A stretch of DNA of 64,000 nt from Sminthopsis crassicaudata (lineage: Eukaryota). The notes beneath the pieces are model-generated. The model saw only the letters and a program-made list of their open reading frames with translations, was not told the origin of the DNA and ran no database searches. The stretch's first letter is position 1, and every line of letters begins with the position of its first letter. Shown one piece after another: positions 38,867 through 51,695 of the stretch. The position numbers and the translations under genes were made by a program. The stretch spans positions 478,372,958-478,436,957 of the forward strand of contig NC_133617.1 of NCBI RefSeq assembly GCF_048593235.1, read 5' to 3'.

Positions 38867-39646
38867 CTAAAATTTATTTATTTATTTACAAAACATATGC
38901 GTGGGCAATTTTTCCAACATTGACCCTTGCAAAACCTTTTATTCCAAATTTCCCCCTCCTTCCACCCACCCCCTTCCCTAGCTGGTAGGTAATCCAATAC
39001 ATGTTAAATATGTTTAAATACATGTTAAATCCAATATATGCAGACATAGTTATACAGTTATCTTGCTACACAAGAAAAATCAGATGAAGGAAGGAAAAAG
39101 AAAAACTGAGAAAGAAAACAAAATGTAAGCAAATAACAATAGAGAGAATGAGAATGCTATGTTGTGTTCCACACTCTGTTCCCATGGTTCTCTCTCTGGG
39201 TGTAGATGGCTCTCTTCATCTCTGCACAAGTGGAACTGGTTTGAATTATCTCAATGTTGAAGAGAGCCATGGCCATCAGAATTGATTGTCGTGTAGTCTT
39301 GTTGTTGCCGTGTATAATGATCTCTTGGTTCTACTCACTTCACTTAGCATCAGTTTATATAGGTCTCTCCAAGCCTCTCTGAAATCATCCTGCTGGTCAT
39401 TTCTTACAGAACAATAATATTCTATAACATTCATACACCATAACTTATCCAGCCATTCTCCAATTGATGGACATCCACTCAGTTTCCAGTTTTTTGCCAC
39501 TATGAAAAGGGCTGCCATAAATATTTTTGCACATGTGGGTCCCTTTCCCTTCTTTAAGATCTCTTTGGAATATAATCCCACTAGAAACACTGCTGGATCA
39601 AAGGGTATGCACAGTTTGATAACTTTCTGAGCATAGTTCCAAAAAT
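38867..39646 (-). mobile_element. 5'-truncated L1 with TSD
   Basis: ORF2 C-terminus (GKGPTCAKIFMAALFIVAKNWKLSGCPSIGEWLDKLW...); TSD AGTGTTTTCAAATT at 38853-38866 and 39647-39660. Confidence 0.92.
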
Positions 39647-41008
39647 AGTGTTTTCAAATTTCTTTTTTTCATTTGCATCTTATAAAGGCCATATGTTATC
39701 CATAAGTTAGTTGGAACTAGATAGAGATTACCGTATCAATTTTAAACATGCAGTAACTGAGGCAAAGCAAGATGAAATGTCTATTAGGAAGTGACAGATC
39801 CATCACCAGTATAATACAGCTTACAAATTTGTAAGTTTACCACCTCTCTAGGAAGCCCATTCTACCTGGGCAGCTCTAAATATTCAGACATTTTCTTGGT
39901 ATCAAGCCAAATTTTGCTTCTTTGCAAAATTTCTATCCCTTTCTTAGTCCATTCCTTTGGGGTCAAACCAAGTAAGTCTAATCTCTTTTCCAAGAGATAG
40001 ACCTTCAAATGCTTGAAGACATCTAATTTATCCTCTTAGAATAGTCTATTCTCTTCTCCATGTTAAACATTCTTTGTCTGTGATTCTTACTTGATATGAT
40101 TTGAGCTCCTTCATCATTCTGATTGCCCTAATCTGAATTTTTTTTCCCATTTTAATTTATTATTTATTTAAGCATTCTTCTCTATTTAAATTTGAGTTCC
40201 AAATTCTCTCTCTCCTTCTCACAGCCATTAAGAAGAAAAGTAAAATGATATCAATTATACATGTGAAATTATGTAAAACATATTTCCACATTAGCTGTAT
40301 TTCAAAAAAAGCAAAAAAAAATTAAAGAATGTAAGAAAATTATATTTCAATTTGTACTCAGAATTTATCAATTTATATCTCTCTCTGGAGATGGATAGCT
40401 CATGAGTCCTTTGAAATATCTTAGATCATTTATTATATTGATGAGAGTGGTCAAGTTTTTCACAGTTGCTCATCTAATGATGACATTACACTATTGTTGC
40501 TACTATGCTCAATGAGCACAGTTCTTCTCCCAGTTCTTCTCACTTCACTTTTCATCAATTCATATATATCTTGCCTTTGTTTTTCTGAAACTAACTCCCT
40601 CATCATTTGTATAGTAAAATAGTATTCCATCACAATCATATGCTACAACTTGTTCAGCCATATCCCAGTTGATGAGTATCCCCTTGATTTCCAATTCTTT
40701 GCTACCTTCAAAAAGAGCTGCTATAAATATTTTTGTATTTATAGGTCTTTTTTCTTTGATTTTTTTTTTTTTTTTTGTGATACAGACTTAGTGACTGTAT
40801 TGCTGAGTGGAAGAGTATTCATAATCTTGTAAACCTTTGCTTTTAGTTCCCAATTGTTTTCCATAATAGTTAGATCTGTTTATTACTCCACCAGAACTTC
40901 ATTAGTATAACTATTTTCTCCTCATCCCCTCCAGCGTTTGTCATTTCTGATAAGTATGAAGTGGTACCTCAGAGTTCTTTTAATTTGCATTTTTCTAATC
41001 AATAGTGA

Positions 41009-41257
41009 AGGGCAGCTAAGTGCCACAATGCCTAAAGTGCTAAACCTAATGGTAGGATTTAAAGTTATATTCCTGAGTTCAAATCTGCCTTCATCCACTG
41101 ACTAGCTGGGTATCCCTGGAAAATCACTTAACCTTGTTTGCCTCAGTTCCTTATCTGTAGAATGAGCTGGACATAGAAATGACCCATTCCAGTATCTTTG
41201 CCAAGAAAATTCATGAGGTCATAGAGTCAGATAAGACTGAAATGGCTGAGCAACAAC
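41009..41257 (+). mobile_element. Mar1-like SINE nested in L1
   Basis: gggcagctaagtgcc head, RTE-like tail ending caacaac; 7-bp TSD ATAGTGA at 41002-41008 and 41258-41264. Confidence 0.88.
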
Positions 41258-42377
41258 ATAGTGATTTAGAATATTTTTTCATATGACTAAAGATACTTTG
41301 ATTTCTTCTGAAAACTGCCTGTTTATACCATTTGACCATTTATGGGGAATGGCTCTTGTTTTTAAAAACTGAACTCTGTTTTGTATTCAATATACATTTG
41401 AGAAAGGAGACCTTTATCACAGAAACTTATTATAAAATTTTTTAGTATTATTCATTGTCTAGAGTATCTTTTATCATAATAGTTTAAAAGCAAAACAGTC
41501 AGTACTTTCCCTGATTATCCCTTTTAGTTAGACTTAATTTTGTTTTTGCTTTGTCTGAGATCATGACTGCTACCCCCTGCATTTTTTATTTCAGCTAAAG
41601 CATATTAGATTTTACTCTAGATCTTTATTTTAATTCTGCATGTCTTTCTGTTTAAAAATATTGTTGGATTGTAGTTTCTAATTCATTCAGTTATGTGCTT
41701 CCATTTTATGAGTGAGTTCATTCCATTCACATTCACCATTCACATTCACCATTATGATAACTATTATTGCCTACCCAATCTTCCATTTCCCCCTCCACTC
41801 TAAAACCTTACATGCCTCTTTTATTTGAGAAAAATTTCCCCATTCTACTTCTCTCTTCTACCTTTTGCCATTTCACCCCTCTTTCTCGTCCCTTCATTTT
41901 TTGGAGGTCATTCCAACATATTTGACACATCCATGTCCTTTGTCTATATAAACTTATTTTAACTGACCTAATAATGATAAAGTTCTCAGGAGTAAAATAT
42001 ATCACCTTTTCATTTAGGAATATAAGCAGTTTAACTTTTTTAACAATTGTTAAATTATCTCTCTTGAATCTATTTTCCAAGTAAGTTATTTTTCCAATGA
42101 GATATTTCACATTTTCTTCTATTTTTCTCCATTCATGTAACTTTGTTTTATTATTCTTGATGTCTTTTGGAGTCATTAGCTTCCACTTATTCAAATATAA
42201 TTTCTAAGGAATTATTTTCTTCTGTGAACTTTTGTACCTCTTTTTTCATTTGACCAATTCTGATTTTATTGAGTTCTCTTTTTCTGTGGGTTTTGTGTCT
42301 CTTTACCATTTGGCCTCCTCTACTGTAATTGTTTTTTCAGTATTTTTTTTTTTGTATCTCTCTTTATCTCTCTCCTT

Positions 42378-42603
42378 NNNNNNNNNNNNNNNNNNNNNNN
42401 NNNNNNNNNNNNNNNNNNNNNNNNNNNNNNNNNNNNNNNNNNNNNNNNNNNNNNNNNNNNNNNNNNNNNNNNNNNNNNNNNNNNNNNNNNNNNNNNNNNN
42501 NNNNNNNNNNNNNNNNNNNNNNNNNNNNNNNNNNNNNNNNNNNNNNNNNNNNNNNNNNNNNNNNNNNNNNNNNNNNNNNNNNNNNNNNNNNNNNNNNNNN
42601 NNN
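42378..42603. other. Assembly gap (226 N)
   Basis: Run of n. Confidence 0.99.
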
Positions 42604-44147
42604 TTCTTTTTTTTTAAGTCAATTTTTCTTTTTCCATGCATCTTCTTCATTAACATCCAATAATTCTTTTTTTGTTTGAATACATATTATCCTTTTTCCT
42701 TGAGGCTTTTTTTGTAGCAATTTTCACATTGTTATCTTCTCAGTTTGTGTTTTGGTCTTTTTAGCGATCATAGCAACCTTTTATGATCAAATTCTTTTTG
42801 TTGTTATTTGCTCATTTTCCTGCCTATTTCTTGACTAAATTTTATATTAAAATTAGGTTTTGTTCATCTGGGAGTGGTGAGACACTGTCCTATGATTCAT
42901 ACTTTTTTTCATGTTGCTATTTTCAGGACTAATTCTAGGGGTCTGACTTATTTGGTACTACCAAAGTAGTATGATCCTAGGAGAGGCATGGTCACTACTC
43001 TGCTGCTCTATGCTCCGGTCTTTACCTAGGAAGAACCCCTGGAACCCTGTAGCCACAAATTCTCTCACTCTTCTTTGTTTTGGACCTGTGACCAGGGCTT
43101 CTGATACTTTTTGATCAATTTCCAGCACCAGCACACCTTTTCATCCTGGAACTATGACCCAGAACTGTGTTTGGGCTATAGAGTTGCCAAATAGTGCCAG
43201 CTATAATTTCTTTCTGACCATTTACCTGATCCTTCCTTACTATCTCTTGTCTGAGAGTGCCCAAAACCGATGCGGCTACTGGGGGAACTGTTCCTGCAGC
43301 TATGTGGGCTCCAAAGAGACTTCTGTGAACCTCTCAAGTTATCTTAGTCCAGAAAAATGTTTTCTCTTGATCACTTGTTGGCTTTGCCAACAAATTTCAT
43401 TTGAAGTGTTATTTTAAAATTGTTTGGAGGGGAATGTTGGGAGAGTTAAGCTGAATGGTTGCTACTAATCTGCCATCTTGTCTCCACCCTTTCTCCCTTA
43501 TCTGAATTTTCTCCAGCTAACTGCCTAATTTCTAACCCAGTTCTCCTCCCAGGATACCATATTGCTCAGCCGGGAAGTAGAAAACACATAAAAAAAAGAA
43601 AGCCCAATGTCATCATCACCAATATCTACTATTGATGTATCCACTGGCTACATAGCACTGGATTAGCCATCACTTCTTATTTTAAAGGAATACTATTTCT
43701 TTTTCTAAAGCTTGTAATTTAAGGGGAAAGCAAGACTTAAGGACATTTGTTTAACTGTGACTGGAGGCCTGTTTATAATTGGGTAAAATAGAGGCAGACT
43801 TATTTATTAGAGAAATCATTGATTACAGAAGGGCCAATGCTAACTCTCTTCATATAGGTTGCTCTCATTGGCACTGAGGTATCTTTTCCCAGACCGGAGG
43901 TGCTATCTGATTTAATTTGTATACATTTTTGCAAGTAAGGAAGAACCTTGAAACTGTCCTTAGTATGTATATCCCTAAGAATTTACCCAGATTTTGTTTG
44001 CAAAGGCTATCCAAATCTACTATTTCTGCTCTAATCTTTTCCTCAAAGGCTATTTTGTTTGGGTCTTTCATTTTCCTCTCTTCTCTCTTGTTCCTAGGAG
44101 TCCTACAAAATAAATTGGAAGATTCTTCCCTACATTTCTTTAGGAAC

Positions 44148-44174
44148 ATCCATCCATCCATCCATCCATTCATC
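44148..44174. repeat. (CATC)n microsatellite
   Basis: Read directly. Confidence 0.93.
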
Positions 44175-44828
44175 CAGTGGGAACCTGGAGCATCTCTTAG
44201 CTTCTCAGGTGATGGAAGTTCTTGAGATTTGACCATTATTGCCATTTCAAGGGGACCAGTGACAATTTCTTACTCTCTTTAAGGAAATTTAAACTTAGCG
44301 GGGCTTCATATCCAACATTTAATATTACCTTTGGGTATAGGGAAAGTAGAACTCCTCTGTAAATAGGATGGAACTCTATACATATGTGACCTTGAGCATT
44401 CCTTTCTGGACCTGTTTCTTTAATTATAAAATGAGAAATTTGGAATAATATGACCCCAAAAGTCCTTTCTATATCAAATTCCTATTATCTTATAATCAGG
44501 AAAATAATCATATCCATATTTCTATTCCTATAAAGGAGCTGTCAATCATTTACTCAGCCACTGTCTTTCTGATCAAAACACCTCCCTGGCTACCACTCCC
44601 AAATATATATTTCCTTTCTCTACTAGAATGTAAGCTTCTTGAGGTTGAGAATTATCTTGGCTTTTTCTATTTGTAATCCTAACATTTAACATAGTGTTTG
44701 GCTCATAGTAAATATTTAATAAATGCCTTTTCATTCATTTTTCTCCTCTGCTTTGGTCTAACAGCCTCTGCACAGAGATCTATCTATTTTCATCTGTAGA
44801 AACAAAAGGATTTGCTGAGAGCCACAGA

Positions 44829-44829
<1 letters not shown>

Positions 44830-44858
<29 letters not shown>
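44830..44858. repeat. (GT)n microsatellite
   Basis: Read directly. Confidence 0.97.
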
Positions 44859-44862
<4 letters not shown>

Positions 44863-45039
44863 GTAGACATATATTTTGAGCAGACCAGGATCATCCAGAG
44901 TACTGCCTATGGCATTTCCAGAAGGCAAGATCTCTGTGCAAGGTCCAAGGTGAAAATGTATGTGACTCTATATGCAGCCATTAGAAATAGGATGTAGCTA
45001 GCAACAGGGATAGTGGGAAGGTGCATCGTATATAAGCAA

Positions 45040-45460
45040 GTGATTTTCCTCTCAGTTACAATGTGCAAGCTTGGAGCCCAAGAGGGACCTTTAGTGCATT
45101 TAACATGACCAAATTAACCCCCATAGACAGGCAAACACTTGTTTACACAGCACAGGAAAGCAAAGATGGAAATTTATGATGTCGCTAAAAGAACTTCTCG
45201 CCTAGTGTTCAGAGAAGAAGGGGAAAGAGATAACAATATTTCCCATTGAAAGGAAGTGGAAAAGCTCTTAACAAATCAATACCCTTATTTAGTCAATAAA
45301 CCCACAAAACATCTCCTTGAGGGTATAAACATGGAGAAAATTCACTGCTTGCAAGCAGATAATCTCCAAGCCGGTCCTCTACAGGATCTTGTCAAGCTGT
45401 AGTCGATGAGAACAGTTGGTTTGTGCGTGAACATGCATTAGAGGTGTCCGTGGATAAGTA
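45040..45460. promoter_or_regulatory. Candidate FOX/ONECUT/GATA enhancer
   Basis: GCAAACA 45131, TGTTTAC 45140, ATAAACA 45325, AAATCAATA 45273, AGATAA 45357; repeat-free. Confidence 0.4.
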
Positions 45461-45866
45461 CTAAGACTGCCCAGCAGGACATTTAGAAGTAAAGACAGGG
45501 AGCATTTCAGCATGGGCACATCAAGAGAGAAAATATGGTGAAACAGAGAAAAGACTGGATTTGGAGTCAGGAAGATCTAGATTCACATTCATTTTTCCCC
45601 TACTTTCAACCCTAGGCAAATTTTTGTGCCTCAATTTCCTCATCAACAGGATAACAGAGTTGGATTTGCTGGCTTCTAAAATCTCCTCTAGTTATGAATG
45701 TTTACCTCATCAATGCCTGAGAAAGTCCTATGTGGTCATATTTATGATCATTTAAAGGAACTTGATGGTAGATTTTGATTATAGGATGCATTCAGCACCC
45801 TAATGAGAATAGGATTGTAGAATTATTTTTCTGAAACTGTTACCCTTCTCTTTAGCTTTCTTTTTC

Positions 45867-46423
45867 TTTATGGAAAAAGAAACTGAGACTAAGAGAAGTC
45901 AAATATCTTTCCTATATTCATAGAGCTCATGAAGCCTTCCTGCCTAGGTAACTAAACAAGAGTGGATAGAGAAGCCAGAGTCAAGAAGATGTGGGTTCAA
46001 ATTCAGCCTCAGATACTTATCATGGTATCCTGGGCAAGTCATGTAACTTAAATTTCTTGCTCTGTAAGAATGGGATAATATTTGCAAGGTCCCTGGAACA
46101 TACATAATAGGCACCTTATAAACGCTTATTCCCTTCCTGACCTAGACTAGATGATCCTGGACAATAGGAGAGTTTCTAGAAAATGGGAAAGAAAAGATAT
46201 TATCCAAGATATTATCCCATTCTTACAGAGCAAGAAATTTAAGTTACATGACTTGCCCAGGATACCATGATAAGTATCTGAGGCTGAATTTGAACCCACA
46301 TCTTCTTGACTCTGGCTTCTCTATCCACTCTTGTTTAGTTACCTAGGCAGGAAGGCTTCATGAGCTCTATGAATATAGGAAAGATATTTGACTTCTCTTA
46401 GTCTCAGTTTCTTTTTCCATAAA
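45867..46423. repeat. Perfect 215-bp inverted repeat with 127-bp spacer
   Basis: 46209-46423 is the exact reverse complement of 45867-46081 (compared base by base). Confidence 0.98.
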
Positions 46424-46443
46424 ACTAGGAGTTGAGACTAGGG

Positions 46444-46621
46444 CAGGGATTCTTATTCGGAGGGTTCTTGAACTTTAAAAAATATTTTAATGACTATGTT
46501 TTGGTATAATTGATTTCCTTACAATTCTGTAATATTTTAAAATATTATTCTAAGGAGAGATTCATAGGTTTTTATTAATTTTCAAAAGGATTCATGATGC
46601 AAAAACATTTCAGGATTCCTG
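46444..46621. mobile_element. hAT/MITE-like remnant
   Basis: cagggattcttattc...tataattgatttcctt...ggattcctg; related copies near 38238-38380 and 56245-56500. Confidence 0.55.
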
Positions 46622-49194
46622 GATAAGATCCTCCCGGCTCTAACATTGTAGGATTTCGTGAAAGAAATCTAGAGGGAAAAGAGAAAGCAGGGGACCTGAT
46701 TTATAAAAGATGCTGAGATTTTTCTAACAAACCTCTGTCCAGATTGAGGAGAAGTTGTAGCTGGTGCTTTGGAAGAGAAATATGCAAATGCTGTTTTGCA
46801 GAAGACAGTGGAAAGAAAATCAGGACCCTAGCTAGTATTTGGTAGTGTGAGTTGGCTCAGAGCTGTCTGGATGAACCTGGGTATTGGAAATAGTTTAAAC
46901 ACTAGTATAACTGACTAAGCAAGTAGCAGATTGTAACTGGCTCATTAGGGAGCACAGATACATGTATGCATCATCTGGAAAATACTCTTAAAAGGAGCTG
47001 GGAGGCAGTTCTCAAAGCTTTGGTCAGTGAAGATTTAAAAAGCAAGGAAAAGCTTTGAGGTGAACTGCAATGTGTCCTTGTCCTGATTCCCTTGCTCTGG
47101 CCTTCCTCAGTCCCAGGGATAGTTTCCTGAACAAGAATCATTGATCTCCCAATTTGGGGACATCCTGCAGTTCCCAAATATCTGTGGCTTAAGGTCAGAT
47201 GATGATAATAATAGTAATAATGGTAATAACAATAGTGATAAAATGATGATGATGATAATGATGATAGTATTTACATCATGGTTTAAGGCTTGCAAAAACC
47301 ATTTACATGTATGTATTATCTTATTTGATCCTCACAACACCGATGTCAAATAGGTGCTATTATTATACTCATTTTACAGTAATTAAGTGATTTATTCGGG
47401 GTCCAACAGTTAGTAATCCTATATGAAACACTTTTTCTTGACTCTAAGTCCCAACTTTTATCATTGTGAATTTTGGGAAAAGAGGAGACATTCCTTCTAG
47501 GACTGGATTCTGACTTTTATGTTTCTCTTAGGCTTCGATGGGACTCAAAAGTTGACTGTCTTGGAATCCTGTAGTGGATAGAGTTCTAACACTTAAATTG
47601 AGCACTTTGTTTGGATCCTGATCCTCTCACTTATTACCTGTATATCTTCTGCCAGGTCACCAAGACTGGACCTCAGTTTCCTAATCTGCAAAATTAAAAA
47701 AGTTGAATGAAATGATCCCTAAATCTCTTGCAACTACAGATCCCTTGAATCCATATTTTCCTTCTTTCTCTCCATTTCTTGTTCCCAGTCTCCTATTATT
47801 CAGGAAGCAGTACAGTATGGTGGAATGAGAAGTGACTTTAGTGCTACAAGAACTCAGGTTCAAATCTCAGCTGTGCTTATTACTTCTGTGACTTTGGGCA
47901 CATCAACTAACTTCTCTATGTCTCATTTTCTATATTCCTAAGATCAGGGAAGAGGATTTTGGCTCAGTGTAAGAAAGAACTTTGTAGCTACTATAGCCAT
48001 TCAATAATAGAATGATTGCCTTCAGAAGTAGTGGACTCCTCATCATTGGAAGTGTTCAAAAATAGGCTCAATGAATGTCAATGTTTTAGAGGGTATTCCT
48101 GAATTAGGTGACTTGGCTTGTAAGGGACTTTATAATTCTTTGATTTTATGATTCTGAGGTTCTATGATTATTCCATACAGTTAGTTTCTTTCTAGCTTTA
48201 TGACCAGCATTTGCTGGGCTCTTCTTCCCTTTCTCTCTCCTTGAATACTCATGATCTCAATCTTTTCCTTCTCTTTGGCTCTAGGAAGTATTAATTCTTT
48301 TAGTTGACTTTCTTGATCTCTTTTATCTTTTGATCTCATTAGCATCATTTAAGCAATATCTTATTCACTTCACAAAAGTCACAGTGAAAATGAAAACCAT
48401 CTGATTGGTGTACAAATTTGTCCTCTGACCAACCCAGGATGTCAGTGAAAGAAATAAAAAGTGCCCTCCCCCTCCTAGGTCATCACAGTAAATATCCATT
48501 TAAAATAAACCTAGAGATCAGATTTAAGTTTTTTTCCCCTAAAGCAGTGGTCCCCAAAAGGCCACTGTACCAGCTGATTAGAAATGATATCAGTCTCTTC
48601 CCACTCCAGGCTCCCACCAGTCAGTACCAGGTGTGCAGATTTGATAAGAATGACCAGTATGGAATATATTTAGCCCCAGGCCTTAGGTCTGGTTGATCTA
48701 GGTCAGTTTCTGGAGTTACTATATTAGTTTTTCCTGGGAATTGGTTCAGAGGACCCTGTCCTAGGTTCCAGGGCTAAATCTTCGCTGATCACTGAATCCC
48801 AACTAGAGGCAACAAGCTTCTAAGGCTTTCCTGGCCCCTAAGCCTGTTTGACTCCCTGGGCTCAGAGATCAGTACAGTCCATTCAATTACCCATTCCTTT
48901 CCTTATGTCTTTTCTACCACAACTGGATGTCCCGTTCTGGTATCTACTTCCTCTTTCTCTTTATTCCTTGTCTCTGTGCACTCCAAGTCATAGAATTTAA
49001 GAATATATTTATAAGGGAAGAGAAAATATATGAAACTAGATATATTAAACTAATGAAAGATCATAAGAAATACATGAATGAATGAATAAAACATTTATTA
49101 AGGATTTAAACTTGTTCAAGGCATTGTGCTAAGTACTAGGGATTCTAATGGAAAAAAATGTCACAATCTCTGCCCTCAATGAACTTACATTCTT

Positions 49195-49645
49195 TTTCCC
49201 CAATTTTTATTATTGTTTTCTTTTTTATGATTATACATGTACATTAACTTAAAAAAATACACATTTCTTTATGAATCATGTTGGGAGAGAAAAATTAGAA
49301 CAAAAGGGAAAAAACATGAGAGAAAAAAAACAGAAAAGAAAGTGAACACTGCATGTGTTCATTCATTCAGCATAGTTCTCTCTCTGTATGCAGATGGCAT
49401 TTCCTATCCAAAGTTTATTGGGATTACCTTAGATCACTTAACTGCTGAGAAGAACCAAGTCTTCCATAGTTGATCATTGAACATTTTTGCTGTTATTGTG
49501 AACCATGTATTCCTCAGCATAAGCTCATGTAAATCTTTCCGGGCCTTTCTAAAATCAACTTGTTCATGATTTTTTATAGAACAATAATATTTCATTACTT
49601 TCATGTACCATAACTTATTCATCTATTCCCCAATTAATGGACATC
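49195..49645 (-). mobile_element. L1 3' end fragment inserted in an L2-like remnant
   Basis: ORF 49434..49622 (NKLWYMKVMKYYCSIKN) is ORF2 C-terminus-like; flanks rejoin as cttacattct/aatg. Confidence 0.85.
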
Positions 49646-51374
49646 TAATGTGGAAGAAAATACTTATGGAAAGTTTCAGCTACAAGTTAGTCCTTAAGTG
49701 CAGCCTCAAAGCAGATAGTAAGGCCTCTTCTTTCACATCATTCCTGCTGATAAAATGACATTAATTTCTGATTTGAATTACTTGACAGTTCCAAGGATTT
49801 ATGTGGCAATAACTTGCTTTTTTGGGTGTTCAATAGGAAAGAACCTGCAGATGTAATTGCCAGACTTCACCTCCAAAAAAAATTGCTTCAAAAAATGCTG
49901 GCAGAAGGCACTCACTGGAAGCATTGCTACTCCCAAGGCTCTTAGGTTCAGGGCCCCTGAGTTGTCACTATCACGATTTGAGGAAAGATGGTAGTCAGGC
50001 ACATGTTGGCTCCTGTCTTTCCCTCAGAGGGGCTTTATTGTTTCAGTCAGACTAGCTTGCTTGATCTTTGGGTGGCTCTTGGTTTTCAGTGGGCATGATT
50101 GAACTATGTAAAATATGAGTAAAGTTTTGTATATATAAGATAATTATATAGTCTCAGGTTAAATGGTACTAAGCTTTCTTTCTTAAATAACATTTTTTCT
50201 TCCCAATTACATGTAAAATCATTTTAACCATTAAAAAAGTTTTGGATTCCAAATTCTATCCCTCTCTGCCTCCCTTTTCCCCTCCCCAAGATGTACTCAA
50301 GCTCTCTAAACCATTGTGAGGCTCCTTGGACTTAGATTAGCTCATGATTGTCTTTAAGCTTACAATACCTGGTTTCTTGTGTTCCCTCAAGAGAGTGGGG
50401 TCTTCCCTCCAAAAAGCCTCTTCTAATTCGGAATTTACCCATGTGGGTGTTCAGAATTGAGCTCATTGGTCTGCTCTACAATCCCCAGTATCCTTCCAGT
50501 CAATCAGGAATTCTCCTGTTTGCACAAGTTCTCTGGCCAAATACAAAAGGACAGACAGTTCCCACCACCTCAAAAACAGAATATTGCATCCTGCTGACAG
50601 CAGACAAAGACAAACCCATGTATCACACAATCCTAGCAGGATTGAAGGGATTTGAAGGGAGATGATGGTCATCATGGCTGAGCCTCCTAATCCCTCCAGC
50701 CCAGGATTCTGTACCTGATAGGGCACCGAGGGATGTTTTGTGGGAGGTTGGGATGGCTTGTTCTCTCTGACATAGATTATCAAAGGTTAGAGGCATCTCC
50801 CCAAACAACCTACTTTCCCTTAGTAACCCATTACGGCTCCGTGATCTGTGAAGTGAGCTAAATCTGTTTTGAAGCTAATTATATTTTCATTCTGTACCAC
50901 CTCTTGGGAGTGATAACTTTCCTAAGTTTACTACCCCATGTTGAAATAGTTATTTTAGGCAGTGTGATACACTTGGACGATCCTGGGTTCAGGTCTCAGT
51001 TTCACCATTCACTACCAGAATGACCTTGGAAAAATTAATAAAAATAAGAGCTGCCACTTTAAGGTTGACCCATTGCTCTCTAAGGCCAGGTAGATGGCAC
51101 ACTGTATAAAGTGCTGTGACTTCAGTCATCAAGACTTGGGTTCAACTCAGGGATTAGATACTTATTAACTGGCTGATTCCATGCAAGTTACTTAACCTCT
51201 GACTTAGTTTCCTCATCTGTAAAATAAGAATGATAATAGTACCTACCTTTTCAGGTTGTTGTGAAGATCACATGTCTATAAAGTGCCTTGGAAAAACCTT
51301 AAAGGTCTTCCAACTTAAAGTGTCATTCCAATGTTAGCTATTTTTATTCCTTTTTTTATATTGCTTTTTTTTGT

Positions 51375-51695
51375 GTGTGTGTATGAAACATTTGGGGTTA
51401 AGTGACTTGCCCATGATCACACAGCAATAAAAGTTGTGTCTGAGGCTGGATTTGAACTCAGGTCCTCCTGGCTCCAGAGCTGGAGCTCTATCTAGTACTA
51501 CTTAACTGCTCCTGTTATTAATCTTATCTATCTTATCTAATCTATAAATCCATGAGGTAGTTGCTAACAAGCAACTCCCCCTCCCCCCCAGGCAATTGGG
51601 ATTAAATTATTTAGCCCGAGTCACACGTCTAGGAAGTGTTAACTGTCTGAGATCAGATTTGAACTCAGGTCCTCCTGACTTCAGGCCCGGTGCCC
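51375..51695 (-). mobile_element. Two short CORE-SINEs (~51375-51495, ~51590-51695)
   Basis: ggggttaagtgacttgcc...tttgaactcaggtcctcctg in both. Confidence 0.85.

Larger units (their letters stand above)
40140..43430 (-). mobile_element. Long fragmented old L1 (3'UTR, ORF2 and ORF1 remnants)
   Basis: 3'UTR at 40140-40900; ORF1-like KIEENVKYLIGKITYLENRFKRDNL in ORF 41808..42194; interrupted by a SINE and an N gap (42378-42603). Confidence 0.75.

Noticed and set aside
45791-45799. TTCAGCACC, left half of a REST/RE1 site
   Set aside because: The GGACAG right half is absent.
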